A DNA stretch of 64,000 bases from Cyanobacteriota bacterium (GCA_046045965.1 JBJOKS010000005.1:64001-128000); one strand, 5' to 3'. Shown: positions 21,237 to 32,070, counted from the stretch's first letter. The notes: generated by a model from the letters alone, not told the origin. Program-made: numbers and translations.

Positions 21237-22739
21237 ATGGCTAAAGACTCTGACTCATTAAACCCCATTCAAACCGATGAATTTCTCCCACCTATTAGTC
21301 ATTGGACTACCTATGGTGGACTTTTTATTCTCTGTGTTTTAATATTAGCAATTCCCGTATCTGCACTGACAAAATATAAAGTCACAGTTAAAGGACAAGG
21401 AGTAGTTCGTCCATCAGGAGAATTGCGAATTGTGCAAGCGGCCACCGAAGGTCAAATTAGGCAAATTTATGTCAAAGAAAATCAAGTTGTGAAAACTGGA
21501 AATGCAATAGCTATTATTGATGACTCTCGGTTACAAACTAAAAAAAGTCAATTACAAACTAATATTCAACAAGCGAATTTACAACTTGTACAAATTCATG
21601 CTCAAATTCAAAATTTAAACTTGCAAATTAACGCCGAACTTGATAAAATTAATCGAATTATTAATGCTGCTGAAGCTGAATTGAGCGATCGCCTCCGTCA
21701 ATATCAGGATAAAAAAATTACCACAGATTCTGAACTTCAGGAAGCTCAAGCAAACGTTCAAATTGCTCAAGAAGAATTAAAAATAGGACTAGCCAGATTA
21801 AAAATAGAACAAGCAAATTTGCAATCAGCCGAAGCAGTTTTGAATACAGCAAAATCCAAGCAAGAAAGATATGAAAGCGTAGCGCAAGCAGGAGCATTAT
21901 CGAAAAATCAAGTAGAAGAAGCACAACTAGCGACTAAACAGCAAGAACAAGCAGTAAAAGCCCAAAAATCAGTAATTGAAGCCCAAAAACAAACAATTAC
22001 CAAACTAGAGAAAGCTGTATATGTTGCCATCACCAGAAAACAGCGTGCTAAAGCAGCTATTAATCCCAGTCATGCAGAAGTAAAAATCGCCATTGAACGT
22101 ATAGCCCAAGAAAAAGCAGCAGGAGAAAGTAACAAAGCAGCCTTAGAAAAAGAACGTCAAATGACAATTAAACAAAAAGTAGAAATTGAAAAACAGCTAG
22201 AACGGGATATTAGAGAACTCAAACAAGTAGACATAGAAATAAATCAGACCACTATTACCGCAACAGCGGATGGTATAATTACGCAAATAAACCTGCGTAA
22301 CCCTGGACAAACCGTGCGAACTGGGGAAGAAATATTACAAATAGTCCCCAGTGATGCGAAACAGATCATCAAAGCAGCAGTAGCATCAGAAGATAAAAAC
22401 AAACTGAAAATTGGTCAACCCGTGCAGATGCGAGTTACCGCTTGTCCTTACCCGGATTATGGTACACTTAATGGTAAAGTTGAAGCAATTTCACCAGATG
22501 CCATTGCACCGCCAAAAAAATCAACAGAGGAATCAGTTACTAATAACACCAGTCCCAAAGCCACAGTACCAGGTACAATTTATGAAGTGACCATTGAACC
22601 ACAAAACCTAGTTTTAGGTACAGGTAAAAATTTGTGTCACATTCAACTAGGAATGGAAGGAAGAGTAGATATAATTTCCCGTGAAGAAAGCGTACTGCAA
22701 TTTTTCTTGAGAAAAGCCAGATTAATAGCAGATTTGTGA
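21237..22739 (+). CDS. HlyD-family membrane fusion protein of type I secretion
   Basis: N-terminal TM, long coiled coil, ACPYPDYGTLNGKVEAISPDA and GMEGRVDII motifs. Confidence 0.92.
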   Translation: MAKDSDSLNPIQTDEFLPPISHWTTYGGLFILCVLILAIPVSALTKYKVTVKGQGVVRPSGELRIVQAATEGQIRQIYVKENQVVKTGNAIAIIDDSRLQTKKSQLQTNIQQANLQLVQIHAQIQNLNLQINAELDKINRIINAAEAELSDRLRQYQDKKITTDSELQEAQANVQIAQEELKIGLARLKIEQANLQSAEAVLNTAKSKQERYESVAQAGALSKNQVEEAQLATKQQEQAVKAQKSVIEAQKQTITKLEKAVYVAITRKQRAKAAINPSHAEVKIAIERIAQEKAAGESNKAALEKERQMTIKQKVEIEKQLERDIRELKQVDIEINQTTITATADGIITQINLRNPGQTVRTGEEILQIVPSDAKQIIKAAVASEDKNKLKIGQPVQMRVTACPYPDYGTLNGKVEAISPDAIAPPKKSTEESVTNNTSPKATVPGTIYEVTIEPQNLVLGTGKNLCHIQLGMEGRVDIISREESVLQFFLRKARLIADL

Positions 22740-22765
22740 TAGTGTTTTCTCATCATCAGGAAAAC

Positions 22766-22925
22766 GGCAGCATCCCAAATGTGTAAGTTTATTTTTTTGA
22801 ATCTTGCAATTGCTACAAAGCTTGATATGAATGAAGCGCAAAGAACGCAAAGAACACAAAGTTAAGAGGGTTCAAAAGAGTTTTTGGTGTTGCTGTGGTT
22901 ATGTTTTCAAAATTGGGATGCTCCC
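22766..22925. mobile_element. MITE (160 bp)
   Basis: Imperfect TIRs GGCAGCATCCCAAAT / AATTGGGATGCTCCC; flanking 8-bp near-duplication AGGAAAAC / AGAAAAAC. Confidence 0.7.
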
Positions 22926-23020
22926 AGAAAAACATTATCTGCGTTTATCTGTGTTTATCTGCGTTTAATGCCAAATTTCTGCACCTCACTAGGACGGGAA
23001 AAGTAGTCATAATTTAAAAT

Positions 23021-23453
23021 TTGACACTCCCCGACCTAAACGTGCGGGGATTCTTGGTTCAACGAGTCCACTTAGATTAGAACCCTTGCGGTGTCTAAGC
23101 CAGAGGTGGTTCTCTCCCCAAGCGTTACTTTCCCTCTGCCCGAAGGTAGTTGTATTGCTACAAATTTTGCTTGAGTTAATTCTGTGTCGTCTAGTACCTG
23201 TAAATCTTTTACCTACTTCCAGGTGATACCAGAACTACGAAGTAGAACCCCATAGATTTAGTTGTCAAGGTACAGATTGCCGTTAGGCAGTTAGGTTTTA
23301 TACAGGTTGATTACCGTTCCTGTTGAGATAATTATAGCATAGGTGACTGAGGCGTAAACGCCTCAACTGGTTTTCATCCCTGCTATCAAGGAAGGTTAAG
23401 TTTTGGAGCGTGGCGGAAAAACTTAACCTCAAGGGTTTTCAGCCTATTTTCTT
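23021..23453 (-). mobile_element. Non-autonomous IS200/IS605-family derivative retaining left end and TnpB omega-RNA-like right end
   Basis: Minus strand starts TTTAT|AAGAAAATAGGCTGAAAACCC; carries TnpB-tail-like remnant TFGQRESNAWGE (23112-23147); ends GAATCCCCGCACGTTTAGGTCGGGGAGTGTCAA; no tnpA or tnpB ORF. Confidence 0.72.
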
Positions 23454-23488
23454 ATAAAATAAAGATGTGATCAAAGTAAATCAAAACC

Positions 23489-24025
23489 GTGAGTCAAACT
23501 GAGACACAGCCACAAAGCAGTAACACTACAACATATTACACCCTCTTGGGACTGCATCCCTCAGCGTCAGTCATAGATATACGTCGCGCATATCGGGAAC
23601 TGAGTAAACAGTATCACCCAGATACCACAGAATTACCTGATACAGTTGCTACTGCCAAATTTCAGGAAATTAACGAAGCCTATGCTACTTTAAGTCATCC
23701 AGAGCGCCGTTTAAGTTATGATTTAAAGATAGGTTATTCTCGATTTGGGGTAATTCAAACACCAACGGATTTAAATCATCCTGTGAATAAACCCTATGAT
23801 TACTCAAAATCAATGTATTTGGATGCGAGCGATCGCCCCCTATCATCTGGAGAAATCTTTGTATTATTTGTGTTAAGCTTAACCCTTGTGGGTTGTTTAT
23901 TACTAGCGATCGCTGTCGCTGTTATACGTGGTGAACCTAGTTTACAAAACCAACTCACCCAACCGCAAATTACCCATATTTCTCAATTCCCACTCCCTAA
24001 AGAACCCAAACTCCATCTTTTTTAA
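23489..24025 (+). CDS. Small J-domain protein with C-terminal TM helix
   Basis: YYTLLGL...YHPD J-domain; hydrophobic helix IFVLFVLSLTLVGCLLLAIAVAVI. Confidence 0.85.
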   Translation: MSQTETQPQSSNTTTYYTLLGLHPSASVIDIRRAYRELSKQYHPDTTELPDTVATAKFQEINEAYATLSHPERRLSYDLKIGYSRFGVIQTPTDLNHPVNKPYDYSKSMYLDASDRPLSSGEIFVLFVLSLTLVGCLLLAIAVAVIRGEPSLQNQLTQPQITHISQFPLPKEPKLHLF

Positions 24026-24051
24026 TTTTAATTATTAATTTTCAGCTGCTT

Positions 24052-24318
24052 ATGCTTCCTTCGTACACACCACTATATAATCACCCTTTGCCACAAATTG
24101 AACAGTGGCTCAAAGACCAAGGTTGTCAACAAGATGAAAAGGAACTACATTGTTGGCGAATACAGCGACCTAGTTGGGAAGCAGAACTATGGCTGGATAT
24201 CGAGCAAATTACAGTTAGATATATCCAACTCGGAGAAAACAGTCAAGAAATCCAACGTTCCTTTAAATATTCTCTGAGTCGGGAAGATATTCAAGCAGCA
24301 ATTTTTGCAGGTCCATAA
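24052..24318 (+). CDS. DUF3143 family protein
   Basis: TPLYNHPLPQIEQWL...FKYSLSREDIQAAIFAGP; commonly follows this J-domain gene in cyanobacteria. Confidence 0.75.
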   Translation: MLPSYTPLYNHPLPQIEQWLKDQGCQQDEKELHCWRIQRPSWEAELWLDIEQITVRYIQLGENSQEIQRSFKYSLSREDIQAAIFAGP

Positions 24319-24379
24319 ATCCAATTTCAGCATCGCTTTTGCATCCTAATAAAACAAACTCATGACAAAAATATTCAGC

Positions 24380-24820
24380 TTAATCATGCTCCCAAAAGTT
24401 AGAATTTAGGAGTATTTCTAAATCCGATGAATACGGCCATTCCGAAGGAAAATTGACTGATTTATACTCACTGCTGACATTAGCTAAACTTCGTCGCCAA
24501 GCGTCCTGAAAACTCGTATCCCATAGAGACTTGAGACTGGGTACTTGGGTAATTAATACATCAAGTTCAGTTCGTTGGGTCCGAATTGTGCGTTCCCAGC
24601 CATTATAATCGTAGGGTAAGTCAACATATAATCGCTTGAGTAAATGTTCTAGTAATACAATTAAACGACTCAGTAGTTCTCTTTTTTGCGAAGTTCCCAA
24701 AGCCTCTACTTCCTCAATCAGATTTTCAATATCCAAGGTTTCAAAATCCCGTGCTTTGAGCTTCGCAACAGTATCTTCAACCCAGAGTAAAATATCTTGA
24801 TCATACAGAGATGGTGTCAT
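24380..24820 (-). CDS. DUF29 family protein
   Basis: LYDQDILLW, LDIENLIEEVEALG, LLEHLLK, GWERTIRTQR motifs. Confidence 0.85.
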   Translation of the reverse strand: MTPSLYDQDILLWVEDTVAKLKARDFETLDIENLIEEVEALGTSQKRELLSRLIVLLEHLLKRLYVDLPYDYNGWERTIRTQRTELDVLITQVPSLKSLWDTSFQDAWRRSLANVSSEYKSVNFPSEWPYSSDLEILLNSNFWEHD

Positions 24821-24976
24821 ATTTAATTTTTCTCCCAAATCTTACTATGGCAGGAGGCAGGAGGCAGGAGGCAGAGGGCAGGAGGCAGTAGGGAAAACCT
24901 GATCCTGTATGATTTTTAATTTTCAGTTTGTATCTCATTCAACTGCATACCGCTTTATTGAATATAGCATTATTTC

Positions 24977-25726
24977 CTAAACCTTACCAAACCGCCGTTC
25001 TCGTTGTTGGTAAGCACATAAAGCGCGGTGAAATTCTTTTCTATCAAAATCTGGCCAGAGAGTATCAGTAATATAAATTTCTCCATAGGCCATTTGCCAA
25101 AGTAAGAAATTCGATAACCGCATTTCTCCACTGGTGCGGATCAGTAAATCTGGATCGGTTATTCCGGCCGTATATAAATGACTTTCAAATAATTCTTCAG
25201 AAATTTCATCAGGATTTAATATACCTTGCTGCACCTTTTGCGCGATCGCCCTACAAGCTTGTAAAATTTCCTGTCTACCACCATAATTAGTAGCTACTGT
25301 AAACTTAATACTTTGATTATTCTTAGTTTCTGCCATTGAGCGAGAAATTTCTTCTTGCAGGGATTTTGGTAAAGCTTGCAAATTACCCACAAACTGAATC
25401 TGCACATTCTCCTCTACCATTTCCCGTAATTCTTGCCGCAAAACCCGCTGAAACAGACTCATCAAAAACTCCACCTCTTCCTGTGGCCTTTTCCAATTTT
25501 CCGTAGAAAAAGCATAAGCAGTTAAAGCCTTAATACCCCAATCCTTACAACAGCGTAGCAAATCCTTGAGAGCATCAACACCCCGCTTATGCCCCATAAT
25601 TCTGGGTAGACCTTGACGTTTAGCCCATCGGCCATTGCCATCCATAATCACCGCAACGTGCTGGGGAAGTAATTCTTGTTTTAAATCAGGGGGCAAATAT
25701 TGCAGTTCAGTATGTTGTGTTGTCAT
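24977..25726 (-). CDS. uppS: Undecaprenyl diphosphate synthase
   Basis: [41 protein letters not shown]. Confidence 0.96.
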   Translation of the reverse strand: MTTQHTELQYLPPDLKQELLPQHVAVIMDGNGRWAKRQGLPRIMGHKRGVDALKDLLRCCKDWGIKALTAYAFSTENWKRPQEEVEFLMSLFQRVLRQELREMVEENVQIQFVGNLQALPKSLQEEISRSMAETKNNQSIKFTVATNYGGRQEILQACRAIAQKVQQGILNPDEISEELFESHLYTAGITDPDLLIRTSGEMRLSNFLLWQMAYGEIYITDTLWPDFDRKEFHRALCAYQQRERRFGKV

Positions 25727-25735
25727 TTTTCGGTC

Positions 25736-26662
25736 TTATTTTTTTGGCGAGAAGCGATCTGATGCTAATCTGAGTAAACGTAAAACAAATGCTAGTGTCT
25801 GATCCCTAATTTGACGAATAAAACTGAAAAGACCAGGTGCGACTGCTTCCCGATCTACAGTTGGCGAAAATCGAGCCTCTAAAGACTCTTTTAACTTTCT
25901 AATCGTCAGTGGTCTATATAAAGTTCCTCTTTCCGCTAGAGAAATAGAACCCGTTTCTTCTGATACAACGACACAAATACAATTTTCGACCCGTTCAGTA
26001 ATTCCCATTGCTGCCCGATGGCGTGTACCCAGCTGGCGAGAGGCTGTGCGTCCCGAAAGTGGTAAAATTATACCCGATGATACAATCCGCGAACCACGGA
26101 TCAAGGTTGCCCCATCATGCAATAAAGTTTTTGGCTGAAAAATTGTCTGGATCAGTTCTTTTGAAACTTCCGCATTTAACTTTACTCCAGGTACGGAAAA
26201 ATCTCGCTCATCAATTGGACCGGAAGTTTCCAAAATCAGCAAAGCGCCAATCCGATTTTTTGACAGTTCTTTGACGGCATCGACAATTTCATCAATCACG
26301 CTATCAGATTTAGGCACTGCCAAACGGTTGGGTTGAAATAACAGTCTGAACTCACCCCGTCCCAATTGCTCCAAAAATCGGCGAAACTCTGATTGCAGTG
26401 CTACGGCCATAGCTACAGCACAACCAATTACCAGCTTTTCCAGAACGAAATTGAGTAGAGGTAGTCCTAAAGTGCCACTGAATGCTGAAGCCAACATCAA
26501 AAGTATGAATCCCCGCACCATCCACAGCGTTCGGCGTTCACTAATAATCACCAGGATCATGTATGTCAACGCCAGCACTAACAGAATATCCAGAGTCCTA
26601 AGCAGCAAGGACTGTGACCATCCCATGTTTGTCGTCAGCCATTGCTTCCACCAATCTCTCAT
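25736..26662 (-). CDS. cdaA: Diadenylate cyclase CdaA
   Basis: Three N-terminal TMs; LHDGA and GTRHRAA motifs; lysA-cdaA-uppS order. Confidence 0.94.
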   Translation of the reverse strand: MRDWWKQWLTTNMGWSQSLLLRTLDILLVLALTYMILVIISERRTLWMVRGFILLMLASAFSGTLGLPLLNFVLEKLVIGCAVAMAVALQSEFRRFLEQLGRGEFRLLFQPNRLAVPKSDSVIDEIVDAVKELSKNRIGALLILETSGPIDERDFSVPGVKLNAEVSKELIQTIFQPKTLLHDGATLIRGSRIVSSGIILPLSGRTASRQLGTRHRAAMGITERVENCICVVVSEETGSISLAERGTLYRPLTIRKLKESLEARFSPTVDREAVAPGLFSFIRQIRDQTLAFVLRLLRLASDRFSPKK

Positions 26663-26751
26663 GACATCTGGATTCTAATAGTCATTTGTCATTTGTCATT
26701 TGTCATTAGTCATTGGTTCTTAGCTAATAACTAATGACCAAGGACTACTGA

Positions 26752-28143
26752 CTATTTAAGTCTTTCTGGTAGGCAATCTTGGCGAATGATGTCTTGATAA
26801 GTTTCGCGCTGCAAAATTAAATTCGCTTCGCCATTTGCCACTAGAACAGCTGCCGGTCGGGGCAAGCGGTTGTAGTTAGATGCCATACTGTAATTGTATG
26901 CACCAGTTCCCATAACTACGAGAATATCGCCTGGTTCAGTTTTCGGTAGTTGAGCGTTTTTAATCAGGATATCTCCTGATTCGCAATGTTTACCCGCTAA
27001 TGTGACTGTTTGGGTCAAAGGAGCGGACATTTTATTAGCCACTACTGACCTATAAACTGATTGATATGTTATGGGGCGGGGATTATCAGACATTCCCCCA
27101 TCAATTGTGACATAAGTACGAATATCGGGAATGGTTTTCGCTGAACCAATAGTGTAGGCAGTAACGCAAGCTGTGGCAATGAGCGATCGCCCTGGTTCAC
27201 AGAGTAGTTTGGGTAGAGGCAAATTTTCAGCCGCACAAGCTTCTTGTACTACTTCACAAATTGCCTTTGACCATTCTTCAATGCTTGGGGGATCGTCTGA
27301 TTCTGTGTATTTAATACCTAATCCACCACCAACATTTAACTCTGTCAATTCTAAATTATATTTAGCTGCATCCCGCAACCACTGTACCATTACAGCGGCT
27401 AAATCACGATGGGGTTGACGTTCAAAAATTTGTGAACCAATATGAGCGTGTAAACCCACACAGTTTAAACCTGGTTGTTTACTGACAAAGGCAAATACCT
27501 CTTCTAAATCATTGGGGTCAAAACCAAATTTACTATCTAAATGTCCAGTGCGAATATACTCATGGGTATGGCATTCTATCCCTGGAGTTAACCGCAGCAT
27601 AATCCGGATGGCTGCATCTGTGGTTGCCAGTTCTACCAAAGTATGTAATTCATACCAGTTATCAACAACAATGGTACAACCTGACTCAATCGCCAAAATT
27701 AGCTCATCACGAGATTTATTATTGCCGTGGAGGTAGATTTTATCTGGACTTACACCGGCTTCTAAAGCTGTGTAAAGTTCACCACCAGATACTACATCTA
27801 TTCCTAAACCTTCTGAGGCGACAATGGCACAAACTGCTAAACAATTCCATGCCTTAGAAGCATACAATATTTGAGATTCACCTTTGTAGTATTGTTTAAA
27901 TGTATCCCGGTATTGTTGGCAAGCTGTCCGCAGTGTTGCTTCATCCAAAATATATAGAGGTGAACCAAACTGCTGAACCAGCGTTGTGACATCACACCCA
28001 CCGATTTCCAGAAAATCATGACGATTCACTCTAGCAGTCAAGGGTAAGAGTTCTTGATTTGGAGAAATATTTGTACTACTGGGGCTTTGAGATAGATATT
28101 GATTGCCAGAAGGTTGAACCTTGACGGGGTGAGTCGATACCAT
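26752..28143 (-). CDS. lysA: Diaminopimelate decarboxylase
   Basis: YASKA PLP lysine, HIGSQ, EPGRS, CESGD, GAYNYSMASNYN. Confidence 0.96.
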   Translation of the reverse strand: MVSTHPVKVQPSGNQYLSQSPSSTNISPNQELLPLTARVNRHDFLEIGGCDVTTLVQQFGSPLYILDEATLRTACQQYRDTFKQYYKGESQILYASKAWNCLAVCAIVASEGLGIDVVSGGELYTALEAGVSPDKIYLHGNNKSRDELILAIESGCTIVVDNWYELHTLVELATTDAAIRIMLRLTPGIECHTHEYIRTGHLDSKFGFDPNDLEEVFAFVSKQPGLNCVGLHAHIGSQIFERQPHRDLAAVMVQWLRDAAKYNLELTELNVGGGLGIKYTESDDPPSIEEWSKAICEVVQEACAAENLPLPKLLCEPGRSLIATACVTAYTIGSAKTIPDIRTYVTIDGGMSDNPRPITYQSVYRSVVANKMSAPLTQTVTLAGKHCESGDILIKNAQLPKTEPGDILVVMGTGAYNYSMASNYNRLPRPAAVLVANGEANLILQRETYQDIIRQDCLPERLK

Positions 28144-28361
28144 AACTAATAAAATCTGTCCTTGTTAAATTTACGAACGTGAGTTAAACTCCCGATTCTA
28201 AGTTTACAGCTTTGCTGGTAATGGGTAATGGGTGATTGAATTTTGGATTTTAGATTTTGGATTTTGGATTTCGGATTGTATTTAAAGAACTTCAATCTCA
28301 AATCTACAATTTTCCTACCCTGTTCCCTGTTAAGAGTTCCCTGTTAAGAGTTCCCTAAACC

Positions 28362-28919
28362 GTGAAACCATTAGATTTAAAAATCCAATCCTTGACTTTA
28401 GAGCATTTAAATGATTTGCTGGAACTTGACCAAGCTTGTTTTAATGGTTGGTGGACTATAGAAGGCTACCGTCGAGAGTTAGAGAGTCCCAACAGTCATT
28501 TTTTGGGTTTATTTTCCCCGTTTTCTAGCTCGGGTTTGCTGGGAATGGGTTGTTTTTGGTCAATTTTAGAAGAAGCGCATATTACAATTTTGGCGGTTCA
28601 TCCTGAATATCACCGTCAAGGTTTGGGACAGGCTTTATTGTATGCTCTATTGAAAACAGCAAGCGATCGCGGTTTGGAGAGAGCAACCCTCGAAGTCCGA
28701 GTTTCCAACCAGATGGCAATTTCTCTATATCAAAAATTTGGCTTTAAAACTGCTGGCAGACGACCCCGTTACTATAAAGATAATGATGAAGATGCCCTAA
28801 TTCTGTGGCTTTCTGACTTACAACAGCCAAATTTTCTCAAAAATTTAGATGATTGGCATAGTGTTGTTAGCGATCGCCTCAGTCAATCTTGTTGGTTATT
28901 AGAAGCAGAAAAAAGATAA
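28362..28919 (+). CDS. rimI: Ribosomal protein S18-alanine N-acetyltransferase
   Basis: EAHITILAVHPEYHRQGLG, ATLEVRVSN, RPRYY. Confidence 0.88.
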   Translation: MKPLDLKIQSLTLEHLNDLLELDQACFNGWWTIEGYRRELESPNSHFLGLFSPFSSSGLLGMGCFWSILEEAHITILAVHPEYHRQGLGQALLYALLKTASDRGLERATLEVRVSNQMAISLYQKFGFKTAGRRPRYYKDNDEDALILWLSDLQQPNFLKNLDDWHSVVSDRLSQSCWLLEAEKR

Positions 28920-29344
28920 ATATCCTCCCCCATCTCCCCACCACCAGTTCTCCCCTAATGAGAAAAAATGCAATTTTTATGTAACTAAATTTTCATCAAG
29001 ATTCATGAGAATTTTAAAAGTTTTCTAGCATTTCGATAAAGCTAAATTATAATTAGCCCAATTTCTTGACAATGTAGCAGTCTCTATGATATTTATGTCG
29101 ATTTGGGATCAGATCAACAAAATCTCAACATCAATAGTCTATTGTTTGTGATTAGTCCCACAGAAGCTGGTAAATTCGACCTCCTCAGCACACTAGCTAC
29201 ACAAAAAGTAATAAAAATTTAGAAATTAACCCATCAACTTGTCTGGTGGCTAAAGGGTGTCTATATTCTTGATACAGATACCCAAAATTTTAGCCTGTGC
29301 TAAAATCAGCATACCGGCACGACGCAGGTGATGGGAAAAATGCC

Positions 29345-31816
29345 ATGTTTGAACGCTTCACAGAAAAAGCCATTAAGGTAATCATGCTGGCCCAAGAAGA
29401 GGCCCGCCGTTTAGGTCACAACTTTGTGGGAACCGAGCAGATCCTCCTGGGTCTGATCGGGGAAGGCACAGGAGTAGCCGCCAAGGTTCTAAAGTCAATG
29501 GGTGTCAATCTTAAAGATGCCCGCATTGAAGTTGAAAAGATCATAGGCCGAGGTTCCGGCTTTGTGGCCGTGGAAATTCCGTTTACACCACGGGCAAAGC
29601 GGGTTTTAGAACTATCCTTGGAAGAAGCACGCCAACTAGGGCATAACTACATTGGCACCGAGCATCTGCTGTTGGGCCTCATCCGCGAAGGGGAAGGTGT
29701 AGCAGCCAGGGTGCTAGAAAACCTGGGTGTAGATTTGTCTAAGGTGAGAACCCAAGTGATTCGGATGTTGGGAGAAACTGCGGAAGTTACTCCTGGCGGT
29801 CCTTCGGGTCGCACTAAAACCCCAACTTTGGATGAATTCGGCTCTAATTTGACCCAAATGGCCGTTGATAACAAGCTCGATCCTGTGGTGGGACGCGCCA
29901 AGGAAATCGAGCGTGTAATTCAAATTTTGGGTCGCCGGACTAAAAATAATCCAGTGCTGATTGGTGAACCTGGGGTTGGTAAAACAGCCATTGCTGAAGG
30001 TTTAGCCAGCCGCATCGCTAACAAAGATGTCCCGGACATCTTGGAAGATAAGCGTGTTGTCACTCTCGATATTGGGCTGCTAGTAGCAGGAACTAAGTAC
30101 CGGGGTGAATTTGAAGAACGCCTAAAGAAAATCATGGATGAGATCCGCCAAGCGGGTAATGTCATCCTGGTAATTGACGAGGTTCATACTTTAATCGGTG
30201 CTGGTGCGGCTGAAGGGGCGATTGATGCAGCGAATATCCTCAAACCAGCTTTGGCCAGGGGTGAGTTGCAATGTATCGGTGCGACTACTTTGGATGAGTA
30301 CCGCAAGCACATTGAACGGGATGCAGCGTTAGAAAGACGCTTTCAGCCTGTGATGGTGGGTGAGCCTTCCGTTGATGAAACAATTGAAATTTTATATGGT
30401 TTGCGCGATCGCTATGAAGCACACCACAAGTTAAAAATCTCTGATGAAGCTTTAGTAGCAGCGGCGAAATTGTCTGATCGATATATTAGCGATCGCTACC
30501 TCCCAGATAAAGCCATCGACTTGGTTGATGAAGCAGGTTCTCGCGTCCGCTTGATTAACTCCCAACTACCCCCAGCAGCGAAGGAGTTAGACAAGGAACT
30601 GCGGCAAATCTTAAAAGAAAAAGATGATGCTGTCCGTTCTCAGGACTTTGACAAAGCCGGTGAACTGCGCGACAGAGAAATGGAAATTAAAGCGGAAATC
30701 CGCACCATTGCTCAAACTAAAACCAATGCAGCTGGTGGTGATGGTGTTGAACCTGTGGTGACAGAGGAAGACATTGCTCACATTGTGGCTTCTTGGACTG
30801 GTGTACCAGTGAACAAACTCACTGAATCTGAATCCGAGAAGTTGCTGCACATGGAAGACACCTTACATCAGCGCCTCATCGGTCAAGATGACGCTGTGAA
30901 GGCTGTTTCCCGCGCTATTCGTCGCGCTCGTGTGGGATTGAAGAATCCTAACCGACCCATTGCGAGTTTTGTCTTCTCCGGGCCAACTGGGGTAGGTAAA
31001 ACCGAGTTGGCTAAGTCCTTGGCTTCTTACTTCTTCGGTTCTGAAGAAGCAATGATTCGCTTAGATATGTCCGAGTACATGGAGCGTCACACCGTCAGTA
31101 AGTTGATCGGTTCTCCTCCAGGTTACGTTGGTTATAACGAAGGTGGTCAGTTAACGGAAGCTGTACGCCGTCGTCCTTACACTGTGGTGCTGTTTGACGA
31201 AATCGAAAAAGCGCACCCTGATGTTTTCAATATGCTGCTGCAAATTTTAGAAGATGGTCGTTTGACTGATGCTAAAGGACGCACAGTAGACTTTAAGAAC
31301 ACTTTGTTAATTTTGACTTCTAACATTGGTTCTAAGGTAATTGAAAAAGGCGGTAGCGGTATTGGTTTCGAGTTTGCTGAGGATCAAACTGAGTCTCAAT
31401 ACAACCGGATTCGTTCTTTAGTGAATGAGGAACTGAAGCAATACTTCCGTCCTGAATTCTTGAACCGTTTGGATGAAATTATCGTCTTCCGTCAGTTGAA
31501 TAAGGCTGAAGTTACCGAAATCGCCGACATTATGCTTAAAGAAGTGTTTGGTCGGTTGACAGAAAAAGGCATTACTTTAGAAGTGAGCGATCGCTTCAAG
31601 GACCGCCTAATTCAAGAAGGTTACAGCCCCAGCTACGGTGCAAGACCATTACGTCGGGCAATTATGCGCTTGTTAGAAGATAGTTTGGCGGAAGAAATTC
31701 TGTCTGGACGCATCAAAGACGGTGATATTGCTTACGTTGATGTGGATGAAAATGGTGTTGTCCAAGTTACTGCTCAACAGCGTCGGGAGTTGTTAACCCC
31801 TGGTGTTGAGTTGTAG
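29345..31816 (+). CDS. clpC: ATP-dependent Clp protease ATPase subunit ClpC
   Basis: MFERFTEKA start; two AAA+ modules ([16 protein letters not shown]); UVR-like middle domain. Confidence 0.97.
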   Translation: MFERFTEKAIKVIMLAQEEARRLGHNFVGTEQILLGLIGEGTGVAAKVLKSMGVNLKDARIEVEKIIGRGSGFVAVEIPFTPRAKRVLELSLEEARQLGHNYIGTEHLLLGLIREGEGVAARVLENLGVDLSKVRTQVIRMLGETAEVTPGGPSGRTKTPTLDEFGSNLTQMAVDNKLDPVVGRAKEIERVIQILGRRTKNNPVLIGEPGVGKTAIAEGLASRIANKDVPDILEDKRVVTLDIGLLVAGTKYRGEFEERLKKIMDEIRQAGNVILVIDEVHTLIGAGAAEGAIDAANILKPALARGELQCIGATTLDEYRKHIERDAALERRFQPVMVGEPSVDETIEILYGLRDRYEAHHKLKISDEALVAAAKLSDRYISDRYLPDKAIDLVDEAGSRVRLINSQLPPAAKELDKELRQILKEKDDAVRSQDFDKAGELRDREMEIKAEIRTIAQTKTNAAGGDGVEPVVTEEDIAHIVASWTGVPVNKLTESESEKLLHMEDTLHQRLIGQDDAVKAVSRAIRRARVGLKNPNRPIASFVFSGPTGVGKTELAKSLASYFFGSEEAMIRLDMSEYMERHTVSKLIGSPPGYVGYNEGGQLTEAVRRRPYTVVLFDEIEKAHPDVFNMLLQILEDGRLTDAKGRTVDFKNTLLILTSNIGSKVIEKGGSGIGFEFAEDQTESQYNRIRSLVNEELKQYFRPEFLNRLDEIIVFRQLNKAEVTEIADIMLKEVFGRLTEKGITLEVSDRFKDRLIQEGYSPSYGARPLRRAIMRLLEDSLAEEILSGRIKDGDIAYVDVDENGVVQVTAQQRRELLTPGVEL

Positions 31817-31842
31817 TTAGGACTTTTTTAAATTGTTAATTG

Positions 31843-31878
31843 AACGGTGGAGGATGTAGGTTCTCTGCCGTTTTTTTT
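31843..31878 (+). terminator. Rho-independent terminator of clpC
   Basis: Stem AACGGTGGAGGA / TTCTCTGCCGTT followed by a T-run. Confidence 0.75.
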
Positions 31879-31879
31879 G

Positions 31880-31938
31880 TTTCGCGCAATCTCTCTTAGA
31901 GATCCCGCAGGGTAGACGCTAAGGAGCAAAGGCGCAAA
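31880..31938 (+). repeat. Dispersed repeat TTTCGCGCAA-AGACGCTAAGGAGCAAAGnCGCAAAG, interrupted by a 24-nt insert
   Basis: Uninterrupted second copy at 33282-33317. Confidence 0.75.
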
Positions 31939-32070
31939 GAGGAGGAAGGGAAAAGATCAAAGTTGAAATAAACTGAGTAATGATATAATGTAAGATCGGT
32001 ATAATAAGTTTTCGCGTTTTCGGATAAAAGTTATAATATAGATGTACTACACTGCTTCTCAAGGATAATT

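Noticed and set aside
17805..22739. Lanthipeptide or other modified RiPP cluster
   Set aside because: No LanM, YcaO, radical SAM or other tailoring gene nearby, and the cores have no Cys/Ser/Thr pattern suggesting modification
29297..29344. 16-aa N-terminal extension of ClpC
   Set aside because: Conserved cyanobacterial ClpC begins MFERFTEKA at 29345
29647..30850. Antisense ORFs within clpC
   Set aside because: Shadow ORFs with no recognisable domains
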